Counted from the first letter of the whole stretch, positions 1-15,143 are shown. The stretch is DNA of 59,273 bases, filler included, from Bipalium vagum (GCA_037834085.1; 3 parts of 3 records of this genome joined end to end with filler, not necessarily neighbours in it); one strand, 5' to 3'. Made by a program: numbers and translations. The notes: a model not told the origin generated them from the sequence alone.

Positions 1-1293
1 ATATAAAATTATTTTTAATTAAGTTTGTACAAAAAATAATATATGTTTATGTTCTGTCTTTTTTATTGTGGTATTTACCATTGTTCATCTACATAATTGA
101 ATAAAAGATAATAATAAAACAAATATATTATTTCAAGATCAAAATCGCAGAGTTATTTATTTTATACATCCAGACGAAAATATAAAATAAAAATAATCTT
201 TTACAGAAACTATTAATTTATATTTTAATTTTGCATAATGTTTCGTTATTTCACAAATTATCAATTGTCAATTGAATATTGTGAATATCCTGTTTGGAAA
301 TGTTTTCCTAAATGTTGAATGGTGGAAAAATAATTTTTAAATAAAAAATTCAGACTTATTTTATTTTTTAATTTTCAAAATTAAAAGTGATATCTAACCC
401 CACGTCTTATTTATTATACTTTCATCGTTTTCAAGTGGGCTGTGAGATTGACTTTTCCTTTTGGATTTTTTTTATTTTTCAACTATTGATCTAAATAATA
501 ATCACGTATGAAATGTGAGATCATTAAATACCCTTAACAAGTAGTTTTTATTAAAATAACAAATCAAAATGAATTTTAACAATTGATAAAATAAAGAAAA
601 TTAGAAAAAGTTCATTGAAAGATAAAGGAAACAATAACATTTTACTGCGCAAGTATTGAAAACTGTCAAATCCATCTTCTTAAACTTTTAAGGGTTTTCA
701 TGCAACTTGAAATTTCCCTAGTTTTAAATAAAGATTATAAAATCCCAAGGTTGAATTTTATTTTATATATTTTGCCTATTATTCCAATAATGATTTCCAA
801 AAATACAGAAAGAGAAACAAAATTCGTGCCTAAATCAAATTTTGTCATGGTTTCTAATTCATAAAAATTTCCAATAATAATTAAATTTTATTTATTTATA
901 TATATAATATATTATATAATATTTATTTGTCAAATATAAAATTGAGTGAATTTTTTCAGTCGAATATTTCTTTCAATTTCGTTGATCGTTTTAATTATTA
1001 TAAAATGAGCAACAATTAAAGTAATTTTATGAAGAAAGTAGCCTGTTTTCGTTTTTCATGCTTCATTAAACTCTCAGCCCTCTTTTATCATTTATGGCCA
1101 TTATCGCACCCTCGTTGTCTTTTTTCTCATATTGCAATGGTATGTAATATTAAATAAGTTAATATTTCATGTTCTGTATGTGTACATATTTTTGATAAAT
1201 TAATAAAAATTAATAACAGTTGTAACAAATATTATTTTCACTTTTTAATATTCCTCACTGTCCATGATAATCAAAAGTTTGTTATCTTCTTTT

Positions 1294-1432
1294 NNNNNNN
1301 NNNNNNNNNNNNNNNNNNNNNNNNNNNNNNNNNNNNNNNNNNNNNNNNNNNNNNNNNNNNNNNNNNNNNNNNNNNNNNNNNNNNNNNNNNNNNNNNNNNN
1401 NNNNNNNNNNNNNNNNNNNNNNNNNNNNNNNN
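1294..1432. other. assembly gap (N run)
   Basis: Run of N. Confidence 0.99.
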
Positions 1433-1959
1433 ATTATAAATTTAGATTTCTTAGATAATTTCTATTATTGATTCGTATTAATGTTTCATGTTAGAGTAGA
1501 TAACATTTTTTTAATTAAAAAAAACAAAAAACAATATTTCTATATATGAAGAGGATATCAATAAAATAATTTATTAAATGTTTTTATTATTCATCCACTC
1601 ATTTCCACAAAATATATAATTGGTTATAAATCACACAAGATCTCATTTTCATTTATATAAACGGGTGTGTAATGACCAAGTATCAAATTTTAAGACAAGA
1701 CAAAATAAATTTTACGTATAATTTAATAATATAATAATTTTAATAAATTTTTTAAACGTTTTGCAAACATATAATTTTATTTGAAATATGATTTGCGAAA
1801 TCATGTGTAAGCTTTTAATTATTGTTAATGAGTTAACATAATCACATTTATATACAAAATTGATAAAATGTCTCAGATTTTTGAAGATCGTCCTATGACA
1901 TATGTACAAAATGATGCTATAAAGAAATTAGGTGCTGTTTTTAACAGTACATAATTTGA

Positions 1960-2240
1960 CAGAGAACAAGATCAAAAGTTATTTTTCAATAGGATGGATC
2001 TTTTACTCCTTATAAAGATTGAAGTTATAAATATTTTGAATAGCTCATTTCAAAAGTAGATTTGGTGACTAGATCCATTCCATTGGGCTGCGAGATCACC
2101 AGATCTCTTTCCAATGGATTCCTATCTTTGGGGATGTCTAAAGAAAAAGGTTTCTATAAGAAAACTAAAGAAGAAAAAAGATTTGAGAAATGCAATAGAT
2201 AAAGACTTAGCTGAAGTATCACAACAAGTGTGCAAAAATG
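1960..2240 (+). mobile_element. decayed Tc1/mariner-superfamily transposase C-terminal fragment
   Basis: Reads FQ*DG ... WAARSPDLFPMDSYLWGCLKKKV, matching the WPxRSPDL-P-D-LWG motif. Confidence 0.8.
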
Positions 2241-2725
2241 ACTTCTGTTTAAATCATATCCTCTTCAATCATTACTCGGTTAAGCTCATTCATGTGTGTC
2301 TAAAAATAGATAAAAATTTTTTTTGTATTTTCTCACTTCATCGTCAAGATGTTGCATAAAACAATAAAGATGTAGATGCTCATCCATGTTTCGAATTTGC
2401 GTGGTAATTACAGTATCTTGCAAAATTAAATCCTTTAAAACATCTTGGTTTCTTGCAATGTCCAATAACAAAGGGTGTAATTTTAATTGATCAACTAGCA
2501 TTTGATCATAAAACTATGGTTATTCTAACTTTAGATTGTTTTATTCCTTTTCTTTAACTTGATGAGTTCGTTCTTTTAGGAAATGATTGGAAAAAAGTTC
2601 AGTCTCATCCATATTGAGTAAAATTTATGGATCAATTCCCGCCATTTTTTCAACTATTTTTTTCTATGTGCTGAAACATTAACATCATTCATTGAATTTG
2701 CTTCTCCATGATGAACTTCCAATTT

Positions 2726-2787
2726 TAGATTATATAGATATAGATTATAGATAGATAGATTATAGATATAGATTATATAGATATAGA
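2726..2787. repeat. imperfect TAGA/TATAGA microsatellite inside the pogo fossil
   Basis: Directly visible. Confidence 0.85.
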
Positions 2788-2901
2788 ATCTTTGATGAAT
2801 TGCAGGTCATTAGCATTTAATTTTTTTCCAAATTCTTTTTATTTTGTATTGATAATTTCATCGGTCACGTAAACATTTATCACATCCATTTGAGATGCCC
2901 A

Positions 2902-2967
2902 TTAGTTGAAAATTAATCGGAGATACCCGGATTCGAATCCCGGTATCTCCGATTATTTTTCAACTAA
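2902..2967. repeat. 66-bp near-perfect palindrome centred on TTCGAA
   Basis: 33-bp arms with 2 mismatches and no loop. Confidence 0.9.
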
Positions 2968-3329
2968 CACAATCAATGAATTCTGATAACGTAGAAACTC
3001 CTAAGTCTAGTTTTAATTATCTTCTGATAATTTTAGACAATTCACTCAGCGACATTTTCTTTTACTCTTTTATTGCACAAATTTTGACTTTTGATGAATT
3101 TTATTTCTGTTCTTTTTCTAGCCATATGGATATTTAATTTAAATAAATAAAATTTGTAAAAAAGGTTATTATTTAAACAATATCAATCCGAAACTTTTAA
3201 AAATTATTAGAAATTTAATTCTAAAAAGAGTTTTCCGATTGAGGATCATGAAGTTTCGAATTAATGAATCAAATTTGTCTGGAAACGTTCGAAAATTTAC
3301 GATATAAATAAAAAAAATTTCGGATTAGC

Positions 3330-4562
3330 TGCTGATCAACAAAACTTCAAAATAAATATTTATAACATAAAAACATTAATTTTGTTAAATATTCTTCATC
3401 ATTATCAACTACACTCGACCATCTATCTACCAAACTGAATTCTATCGGAATAAAATTCACTAGTTTTTTGATCAAAAAGAGTTTGTAAATCCTTTCTTAT
3501 GTGGGCCGGGTTTTCATTATGTTTTCTTTCAGATAGTAAGCCATTGAGTAGAACAGATGATAATCTGTAACCGCAATGTCTGGTATATATTGATGTGGCA
3601 AGACTTCATAACACCATACTCTTAATATTTTGTATGTGATTTAGCATATCATGCTGAAGAATAACCCCCTTTTGCTAACCAAACTGAATCTTTTTTTAAA
3701 GAGCGCAATGTAATGAATGACAGTATCGTTCAGAGTCAATAGTTTCACCATTTTTCAAGAGTTCCCAATAAATTAATCCTAAGCAATCTCCACTGACTAA
3801 ACAGACAATAGAGCATATTTGAGGAATGAGTCTGGTTTTGAGGTCCCAAGTGGATATTGTCCAGCCGATAACCATTGCTTGTGATGATCATAATTAGTAT
3901 ATTCAACATTTTTTTCATCGGATCCACAATTTTTTTTCAAAATGAATCTTGATAATGTTTTATTAGGTTTCATTAAACATTGTAACCTGGATAAATTTTG
4001 TTTTTCCAATTAAGTATATAGTTCTCATTTTCCGGCTTTATAAGATTTTCCCATATTATGAAAGTGAATTCTTATGTCTCCCCATGACAATCGAAAATTA
4101 TGATCAATCATTCAATACTTCGTTTCGGGTTCTCATCAATGAATCACTTTAGCTTGTCAACGTCGACAACAGATGGACGGCATGTTCTCGGGAGATTTTC
4201 AAGACTTTTGTTGCCATATTTAAATTTCTTAAACCATTTTTTGCATTGGCTAACATTGAGTCTTTCATGAGGATAGATTTTCAGAATCTTTTGTGAAGCC
4301 TCTTAAGCATTCGTGCCTTGGTCATACTCATACAACAAGTAGTGCATCCTGTGAGTATTGTTAATATTTTTGCTATTATAGTTTTAATAAGAACTATCAA
4401 ATTATTATCTAAATTTAAATGTGATATGTAAATGCTATTATTCAAACAAATACAATATACATGTTAACAAAGAATTTTCAACAGATTTGAATTTATTTAA
4501 CTAAAATAAAACTTTTAGGTTTTGCAATATAAAGCGCTCATAATTAAATTGGATCCCTAATA
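3330..4562 (-). mobile_element. decayed mariner element
   Basis: Minus strand shows HYLLYEYDQG, GSDEKNVEYTN (TGDEKW-like) and DNHKQWLS motifs; TIR-like end near 4540-4562. Confidence 0.85.
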
Positions 4563-6759
4563 TTATACTTAATTAATATATTTAAAAACAAACTTTTTTT
4601 GCGGTAGACATTATTTATAATAAACATTATTTATAAAAGAATTAAGCTGACTTTAATAATTATGATCTCAAAATTAATATTAATATTAATATTTTTTATA
4701 AAATTACTTTATTTAAATTATCTGACAACTTTTTGTTTTCCATTGAAAATAATATACTTTTTAATTGCATTTTTTCAAATTGCTGAAGACTTTCGATTAG
4801 AACAAAAAGGTTGTTAAATTAATAAAATAATTAAATTTAAAAAAATAAATCTAACAAAGGGAATTTTAAAAAATTAATTTTGGAAAAAAATCAGAGTTCA
4901 AAGTTGAGAATAATCGTTTTACATTGTATAAATAATGGTTTTCTAATTCCTTTTGCAAGACCCCTGTAAATTTTGATGAACAACTTCAGGTGGAAGAGAA
5001 AATATATTCTTTTTGTTTTTTCTATTCTTTTTTCTTTTTCACTTAAATTTAATTTTTTTCTTTTTTCTTTTAATTCAGTTGAAATTAACTTTTAAGTTGT
5101 TTACATCTTATTTATTTTAATTAATTTTCATTAATATTTATTTATAAGCTCTCATGTATACCTAGAAATATCCTTAAGTATAGATTCTAAGACCATCAAA
5201 ATAAACATCAAAAACAAAAGAATATTATTTATTTTTTACTATACGATAATAATAATTAAAATTTTTGCTAGTTTCATTAAAATGTTCACAAAACTGCTGA
5301 GAAGTCTCAATTCACCAGGAGAAATAAAAATAACCTTATACGTAAATATAATATTTTCGTTAAAAACAAATTTCATCTTAAAAACGTTACCGAAAAAGTT
5401 CTAATATATATTTTCAGACTTTAATTTTAAAAATATTTTTCTTATCTTAAATTCAATAAAAGAAGTTAAGCATATTTCAAAAATAATTTATTAGATTTAT
5501 ATTTTGATTAAATAATTCTCTCTGATTAGATGAAGTTAAAATATCGTTCTTTAATTTACAAAATTTTCTCAGAGTCAAAAGTTTTTTATTAAACTTTTAA
5601 ATTTCCCTTTACAAAAAAATAAAAATTTTAAATTTTTCAAGAATTTTTTATGAAAAATTATTGCCGAAAAAACTTAGCAAATCAATATAGTCGAATCAAT
5701 AAATATTTTTTAATAATTTATTGTTAACTTTACTTAAAAATAAGAAATCAAAATTTTCTTAAATTTATTTATTTGAATTAAATTCTAAATATTATTTTAT
5801 ATTTTATTTAATTTTTTATAAAGCAATATTTTCGAAGAAATTTTGAGTAACTGATACAAATCAAAATAATATATAAATTAGTTTTAAAGATTATATAATA
5901 TATTTAATAAATTTAATACTTATTTATTAATTATTAACTTTTATAATGATAATTGTAATTATATTATGATTGTGAAAATGAAAATTAAGTATGTCAATTT
6001 TTAATGAAAGTGAAATGTTATTATAAAAATTATTGATTAATAATTTTTTATTGATCAAAACATTATTTTAATTATTCAAAGTTAAACATTTTTATTTCAT
6101 TAAAAATCACATGATATTCATTTTGTATTCTTTTTATTTAATACATAATCATTATAAGAATTTTATTTAACCTTATTAATTAAGCTTGTTAAAGATGTTA
6201 TTGTTTAACATTAATTAATAAAAAATCTAAAAGAAAATTCGGACAACCTTTTGAAATAGAGGTTAAAATTATAAGGCAAGATTTAAATATAATTATATCT
6301 GTTACATTAAATTTTTATATATGTGAAAAGAAATTATCATGAAACAAGAAAAAAATCTTGAATTTCTTATTGATGATCAAAAATAATGCAATTTTTTTAA
6401 AAAAGAATCCAAAATTTCAATTAAAAAAAAATTATTTATATTATATTTAACAGATTCAATTATAAAACTCACGATTAAGACGCTAATAAACAAAATTCAT
6501 AGATATTCGCGCATCTGCTTGAAAAATTAATGAAATAAATCTGTGATTTTAATACAGTTAAACAAATGTATAGATGATATAATATTTTTCAATATTTAAA
6601 TAAAACTAATTTTATAAAAAATAATACAATTTAATAGATTGTATTTTATTATCTAGTATTTTTATAATATAATTTCACATTATTTTTTTTCTTTTTTCCA
6701 ATTTTTATTATTACATAATAAATATTCCGATTGTTGTATTTTGTAGTAGATCTATTGAA

Positions 6760-8100
6760 TGATATTACCTGAGTAAAATATTAATATTTCACAATAATTT
6801 AAAGATATGGTATTATGACAGTGGTTGAGGGTTGAGATCGTGTTACTTCTCTTCAGAATAGATGTTTGTTCTGTCAATAGCACATTCAGGGTAACTTCCT
6901 TCTTTAAGAATGTAAATAGAAAACGATTTGTTTCTCCAAAAAACATTAGAAGGTATATTTATTTGCATATAATTACCTTCAATTTCCTTTGCAATCCTTT
7001 TTATTGTGTGATAAGATTATATCGTTTACCTCAATTTTGTTGCTACAAAAAGTATCTAAAAACTAAAAATTCAATTTCACCATCAGTTTCACAAGGACAA
7101 ATTCCTATCGTCACAAAGTTTAATTTTTATTATGACCAGACCTGGCTTCTACGTTCATCAAACCTCCTGTCTTTAAGACTTTGTCATTTTCAAATCTTAA
7201 TCTGTCACCATATTGATAAATTTTAATAATTTAAAAATTTTGACAATCTTCCAGATCGTTACATTAATTCAGGATACTGTATCCAGAAGAAAGTCATAAT
7301 CCAGCTTCTGCACATTTAAATTAACAATTGATCTTCTTTTCAATTCTTCATTTCCTGTAATTGTATTCACATGATCATACACCATTTATAACTTCCTGTT
7401 TTTTAAAAATTTTGTGTTTTAAAAATCTAAATTTTTGTTTTTTAAAATCTATCGATCATCTTTCTCTTTTGTCCATTTTAATCCTTTAGAAATAATCGTT
7501 TCAGATCTTTAGTGTATGAATCTCATTAGCTCGCCTATTAGTAGATCCAGGTTTTTTGGGTGCACCGAGACATTGTCGTGTTTTCTCCTTCCTATATCAC
7601 ACAAATATTTTCTGAAATCGTGTTAACCGTAATATTTCTATTTTTTCAAATGCTTCTAGAAATGCTTGTTTCTTCCACACTTTTGACATTTATACTCGTC
7701 AATTTATTCGAATGTCTTGCCACATAAAAGTATGTATGAAATTTTCTCTCTGAACAATATCGACTGAACAAAATAAATACATGACCAACATTTAACTAAT
7801 CTTTTTGTTGGGCAATCCTTTCATAGCTTATCAGGTCTTTTACATGATGTCTTATATACTCCGCAATAAGTCGTGCTTTGTGCTCTGTATCTTTTGTTTC
7901 TTGAGTTTGATCGAGATCATTTCTAACGAAGTTTTTGTAGTTATTTGTTGCGCTTACTTGTTCTGACTGTTTTCGTCTAATCATATTCATTAATTAAACA
8001 AGATCTTCTATTTCTTATACACAATTCAATTTGCTCAATTTAATCTTATTTTCAATTTAAGCATAATTAACCTATTCCAGAATTGATTAAAAGCCTCCAA
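6760..8100 (-). mobile_element. possible decayed Penelope-like retroelement
   Basis: Minus-strand ETDGEIEFL (E-DG-I-FLD-like) and ILKEGSYPECAIDR (NGYP-like) fragments; heavily disrupted. Confidence 0.4.
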
Positions 8101-8812
8101 GACAAAATGTTGACGAGTATTTAAACTAAAATCGATGAAAAAGTAAACACCTTCGACAGTCAACGGATCTACTCTACAATTTTGAGTTATTAGATTAAAC
8201 GAGGGAGTTTCTCTTTTAAATAAAATATATTTATATTTATACTATTATTATTATTATATTAATTCTTTAATTTTATTATCGCTACGAAGACAAGGAAAAA
8301 TTTTAATTAAATTGAAATAAAAATTGTTAATAACTTGAATTTTCATTTAATATTAATCTTGTTTAGATGATATTAGTACCCTTACATGGCCCAAATAGAA
8401 TCATGGACAGATAATATTTTGAAATTACCATCTAAACCCATTAAAAACCACGAGAACAAGGTGGATTGAAGATATAAAGTCAAGATGGAGAAGAAACAAG
8501 GAACGCAGAAGAAAAAATGAAGTGTATAATGTAAAATATCCATAATGTAAAATGACGAACAACCTTTTAGTAACTAAAAAATACAGTGGTAACCTTATCG
8601 ATTTCTTTAAAAAATCAACATTTGAACTAAACTTTTAGAATACTCGACAGAATATTATGGATCAGGTAATAATCACAAATAATGAGTATACAAGTGAAGT
8701 TATGTAAATGACTATTATTATAGAAAGAAAAGAAATTGATGTCTTTATTTTGCCGATGTGGGAAAATGAAAATATGTTTGTAAAATAAATGTATGGAAAT
8801 CATCCTTTATTA

Positions 8813-9749
8813 AGGGGTGCAACAAAAATCTTGAGAAAAAGTTGTACTCATTTTAAAATATTTTCGGACATGTTTTAAATATTTATTTTAAAAAATTAAT
8901 ATTGTCTATATTGTATTAATGGATATGTTTCCGTTTCGGTCATTATTTGAAATGACTTAAAAATTAGAATTAAGAAAACATTTATATGAATTGGTCGAAA
9001 GCATGCTAAAAGATCAAATGGTTGAGATATATAAAAATGGTAGATCTCATGCTTTGGACCCATCAAAACAGAATTGGAGAGTCTACAAGAAATTATTAGC
9101 CAAGAAATCTAGTGTTCTATATGACAATTAGTAATAAAGAAAAAATGCCTAAAATATCAAGTGTCAAAAAATTTTAAAATTCACTGATACCCAAATTGAA
9201 AATATACATAGATCATGTCGAGCAATTTGACTGAAGCACCTCACCAGTGAAAAGGTAATCATCATGGATGATGAGAAAATATTTCACATTTTCAAACAGC
9301 AGAGGTAACGGAAATTGTGATTTCTACACCGATAATAAGAGTAGAATGTTCGTTTTGCCCCTGAAACAAAATTTCAAAAAAAGTTTTTGTTTAGTACGCC
9401 ATAACATGGAAAGATATGTCAACTCCTTTTTATTAAATAGCAAAAGGTGAAGCATTAAATGCTGATACTTATAGAAGTAAGTGTCTCCCAAAAATAACTT
9501 TCTTAAAAAAAACAAAGGATCTTTGCATTTTAGAATTGCAAGAAAAATGAAGAGTTTAATTTTAGCATTTTTCAAAGCATGATGGCTAATATAAAACTGG
9601 ACAACATTGGTCCCATTTCTGTTTTATAATAGATGTTATGTTAACTTTATGTTCTTATTTCTTAATTTAAAAAAGTTTTTTTATAAATTTATGTGACATG
9701 TGGCTCTTTAGGACTTTATTATTTTTCTCAAAATTTTTGTTACATCCGT
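8813..9749 (+). mobile_element. internally deleted Tc1/mariner element (maT/DD37D-like) with TIRs
   Basis: TA-flanked imperfect TIRs aggggtgcaacaaaaatcttgagaaaaa / tttttctcaaaatttttgttacatccgt; internal VIIMDDEKYFTFSN. Confidence 0.8.
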
Positions 9750-12700
9750 TAATAAATAATAAATCCCACGTTTCGTAAAATAATTAAAAGATTATAATAA
9801 ACATCTTTTATTTTAAATTACTATAATTAATTTCTTATTATCGTATTATTAATAACAAGTGTTAAATTTAAAATTACACAAAGGACTTTAATTTCAATTC
9901 TCAAGCATTATTACATTTTCAATACAATAATTACACGTGTTTTGTCTTACTAAATTCATTTTGTGACTATTTTAGTCTACAATATTTCTAATTATTATTA
10001 TAATTTTATTATTTAAACTTTATTATTTTATTTGATAATTTTGTCAAAAGGTATTATTTATTTTAATTAAACATTCATAAAAATATACAATAGTTAAAGA
10101 ACATAAATAAAGATTATAGGTTTAATGAGACCTTTTCATGCACATAAAAAAACACAAATTAAGATTATTGTTGAAAAATTAATGTTTTTAATCGTCAGTT
10201 ATAGTTGACCAGTCAATGGTTAATTTGGAAGAGCTGTCTTCACTATCCATTATCTCTTGGTTCATCTGTTGGCATTGATGCGGCTCCTTTAAAGTCATCG
10301 GAATTTTTTAATTATTTGTTTTGAAGGTTTTAATGGATTGAGCTAAATTAACTACCGACTTAACTGTGAATCCCAACAATATTGTGGAGACTTCCATCAA
10401 GAACAAAGACAACAAACTCTCCAAGCCCAAGTCGCAACATCCATCAATCAAAAGCGTCACCAAACCAGCAGCTGCAATTAATCAATATTGTCAAGTCTAG
10501 TATAAAAACAACGATCAGGCAAAAGAAAACATTTAATTTACTACCACAATTTTTTCAAGCAACCAGTCTATTCCCAAATTGTCCTAAAATTAGAACGAAG
10601 TTACTCCGATCAACAAAGCTAATACAACTACAACCAAATTAGAGCTATCAACAAAGCCACTACGACTGCAACCGGATTGGAACTGTCCACAACTGTTGCG
10701 ACTACGATCAGACTAGCGTGATCTACAACTACGATCAGTTGATCCATTCGGAAACCATACTACGATCATACGGCAAACCCAACTTTTTCTTCCAGTAATT
10801 TATATATGCTTTGGGTTTTTTAAAAATTATTTTTGTCTTTTGTATTAGTCTTTAAATACTGTTCTTTAATTCAACCTTAAAATAAATTTTAGATAACTTG
10901 TCTTATAATTAAGACAAAGTATAATTTAATCTATAGCATAATTTCTGAATAATTAAATAAAGTTTTAGTTAATTTGAACTTGTCTTAAAATTAAGATAAA
11001 GTTTTCATCTAAAAGGTTTATAATAAAAGAATCGATTGAATTTGAATCTATTGTTTTGTATCACACATTCATTTTGTTTTTACTCGGACTTGTTTTGTAG
11101 TCAAAGCAAAGTTTGATTTTAATAACATAAATAAATACTCTTTTTTTCCGTTTTTGTTCTTAACTCACACGCAAAGTATGGCGGTGAGTTAAATTTTTTT
11201 TCTTAATCGAGGACTTCTATATATATAACTATATTGAAATCCATCAAGGATAATTAACCGCATTTGTAAAATAAAGTCCCTCTTTTATTAAAAAATATAA
11301 TTTTGAAAATTTGAATTCGATTTAGTAACTTACATTTGATTTTATATTTAACAGTCTTAACATCAATGCTAAAAGCAACTTTCACCGTTAAATCCTAATA
11401 ACCATTGTTTTTTAGTTCCACCTTTTATAAATTAGGATCTTAACAATACGAACTCGGTGAAAATTGATCAAAACCTTGTGATACTCTCTGACATTAAGCC
11501 GTGCGTCTTGATAAGGAAGTTACTGGCGCAATTCCATTATTTCATGGGTCACCAACATTAAGAAAAATAAGGACTATAAATAAAAGTATTTTATCATTAT
11601 TTTATTGTTAACATATCATAATTTTAGTTCCTAACATAGAAAAAACAGTCTTTGGTTCATTTTTTTTCGATGACACATTTTTTTGAAATTTTGTTCTTTT
11701 CAAATGGTTAAAGTCTCCAAAGATGCCGGATGATTTTTGAGAAGACTTTGATTATAATTTAGAAGAACCTATGTCAGTTTCACAGAAGTGGATATTAAAA
11801 ATTGTTTGTCACTTGTTTGTTAAGATCGCATCCATCAATTTTATGAATATTTTCATTTATAAATTAATAATTTTCTAATTATTTTATTTTTTAATCCTAC
11901 ATTAAAATTATTTCAATAATAATACTAATTGATATATAAATGAATGGTTTGTAACAAGTCACTTAAATTATAAAATTATCTCATTCAATCTGGAACTATG
12001 ATAATTTTTAATATTCTTTGAATTTGAAAGTTAATAAGAAATATAATTTTACTGATATTTTTATTATTTTACTGTTTATTATTTAATTTTTATTCCAAAT
12101 ATATTCTTACTTTAGATAATATAAAAAAGAAATTATATTTTAAAATAAATTATATAAAAAATAAGTTAACAATATAAATAAATAATTTTAAAATAACACT
12201 TTCAATCTTACTTTTTTTAGATATAAGAATATTCTGTTATTTGAAAAAATAGAAATGGGATTTTAATTAATATTTTTCAACCTCAAAATTTCTAAATAAT
12301 ATCTTAACAATTTCATTTGTTTTAATATCCTACTTATATTTCAAAAAGCCAATCTTAACATTTCACTTTTAATTGATTTTAAGTTATGATTTTTAATTTT
12401 ATAATTTAGAAATAAACTAAATGGTAGAAAATTGTAATATGTAAGTTTTCTTCCTAAACAAAATTTTCAAACAGAAAATGTTAAAGATTACTTATAAAAT
12501 TATTTATCCACAATTGTTAATTGAATTATTTACTTATCCTTTATATTAAATTATCATTTTCCAAAAAATAATCTATATTTAAATTTTGTATTTTTAGAAT
12601 TTTTATTTTAATTTATAACTTTAAAATTTTATTCTTAAATATGTATATTTGTTACTGTCAGTAATTTACTTTATTAGCTAATTTTAAAAATTGATTATAT

Positions 12701-12782
12701 AATTACTTATTAATAGTTTAAAAGCTTGACTATTGTTATATCTCATTGAATAGTGTTATATATTTAAAACTGTTTTATTTAG

Positions 12783-13904
12783 ATCAGTCAACAAAGTTTC
12801 TCCCGAGTATCTCCCGAAACAATCAACATATGCAAATGAAACGCAACTATTATTTCTCACAACGGGTTTAATAGGAAACAATTTCCATCACCACTGTAAG
12901 CTTGACGATTACGATAACGATGGAACTATGAAATATATCTTAACCGACAATGAAAACTCAATAAATCACATGGAGAGTTATCATCTGAAAAATGATATTG
13001 AAAATGAAGCCGCCTTTGTTATTCAGAAAGCGTATCGCTTGTTTAAGAGTCGTCAGAATGAGAATTGCGTTTTGTCAGATTGGAAAAATAAATATCGGAA
13101 GCTCAATTCATCTGTGGATCAAGAAGATCAAGAGTCGATAAATTACATAGAGTTCTGGGACAAATCAGAGGGCAAAAGAAGTCCGTACTCGTTGCTTACA
13201 AACAGCAATAGCGCAACTGATTCCAAAGCCAGCGATATCGATATTGAAAACAGCGGTGGAGAAAATTCCACACAAGATCCGATTATTGAAACGGATATCG
13301 CTCAAATTGAAAATGAAGAGAACTTTATCAATGAACACATATACGATTCCATTCCACTAGACATCTCTTCTCATACACCTCAAGGCGGATCTCCACAAAA
13401 AATCGATATTCCGCGATTGCTGATTCGAAACCATCACTCGGAATGTCCACTGTCGAAAAGGAAGTTAAAATGCGAAGATTTGAATCTTGCTCACCAATCA
13501 GAACTATCAAATGCTCATCGATACAATGAACAGCAGAAGCAGCATCAACAGCACTCGGTATTTGTTCGCGAAGAAGATCTTTTAAATAATGCCAACAGCA
13601 ATCTCTATGTCGTCAGAAGTCATAACAATCAACCGATCGTCATGACAATAAGCGACACATGTCAAGCCCATCGATTAATTCACAATAGCGTATCATCAGC
13701 GGTATCACCAAAAATTCATGCCCGCAATTTGATTGGTGCTCACAACAATCACGGTTCCTTGCTGGTAAATCAATGTCGAGTTGTTCGATCCCAACACGAA
13801 CCGCTGACGAGAGCAGTGATTTCACGTGAGTCTCGAACCAATCAAATTCAAAAATTGGTCTATCAAAAGCGAATGTACAGAGTGGGACTGAATCTTCTAA
13901 ACAA
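12783..13904 (+). CDS. IQSEC: IQSEC/BRAG ARF-GEF exon (IQ motif, linker, start of Sec7)
   Basis: Open frame 12784-13904 with AAFVIQKAYRLFK (IQ) and KRMYRVGLNLLNK; tttag acceptor and gt donor, phase 2 at both ends; upstream exon not found. Confidence 0.9.
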
Positions 13905-15143
13905 GTATCGATTTATTTTATTAAAAAAATTCCTATAATATTTGACATTATTTCGTTTTATTTATTTTTATCGATTTTTATATGAATAATTCTGTTAGAA
14001 ACCTTAATTTTATTTTTAAAAATTTTATGTAATTAGTCGACTCTGATACTTTAAATCGTTTTATTTTTTTATAATTTTTAATATATCCATTTTCTTGTTT
14101 CAAATTATATTGGAGATAAATATTGAAAATGCACGTGATTAAAATTTTTAGAAGTAACGTTTTATTAGTTTTATCGATTTTTATATTAATAATTCAGTCT
14201 TGATAATTAGCTTTTTAAAATTTTATTATCTTTCGGATTAAATATAACATTCATCATAATCTTAATAAAAATTAAGATTAATTAATAATAAAAATTTTCA
14301 TTTTTTGAATTTTTTTCAAGATCAATAGTTTACACTCGGTTCCTTTTCTGAATTAGAATTTTATTGATATTTGTAAATATGTAATATATATTAATAGAGG
14401 AATGATATTTTTGTTTTGTTTTTATGTTTTGAATAGTATATTTCCTATAATTTTTTAGTGATACCATTTATCTAGTTCAAATGATATCACAGATCAATAG
14501 TTCAATAACATTTTATCGAAACCTTTTTGCCTGATGGTTTCTGTCATTTGCAAATTTTTAATTGCAAATTTGCGTCACCTACCAATTATCACTGGTGCTT
14601 CTTTACTTTTCAACTAATTAACTGATTACGAAGTTTAATTAATGATTTATGTTATTACAATGAACGTTGGTTTTCTGTTTTGCAGCTGAGTTTTGTTTTG
14701 AAAGACTTAAGGGCGGAAAGGAACAAGGAAACAAAAGAATGTCACGATTGGTTGAATTCCCAACACAGTCTTTTTTGATTGGTTTTCGTTTGTTTGACAC
14801 AAAGTCTTGTAACAGTAAGGACTATAAAATTCATTTGGGTCTTACGAAATCTTATCATTTCATGAAATATTTATCCCTGGATTTCGATGACATCGATAAA
14901 ATTGACAAAAAATAATAGGTTTTACAAATGGTTTGTGCTTAATTTTAATTAAAAAATCATTTTTTAAGTAAAATTGAAAAATAAATGAAAATTGAAATTT
15001 TTAACCAATAGAAATCGCTTAAATATTTAATTTCTTGACATTGACTATTGACCGGAAATATTTGATTTGCATAAGATTTGTGTTGAAAATATTTTATGTT
15101 GAACCTTTTCGTGTACAAAACGGAAAATTAATGAAATATTTAT

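Larger units (their letters stand above)
2240..3130 (-). mobile_element. decayed pogo/Tigger transposase
   Basis: Minus strand gives HGEANS, ILNMDET, KQSKVRITIV, PFVIGHCKKPRCFKG and YHANSK across frameshifts. Confidence 0.8.

Noticed and set aside
1264-1458. ORFs spanning N runs (also 55573-55785)
   Set aside because: Artefacts of gaps.
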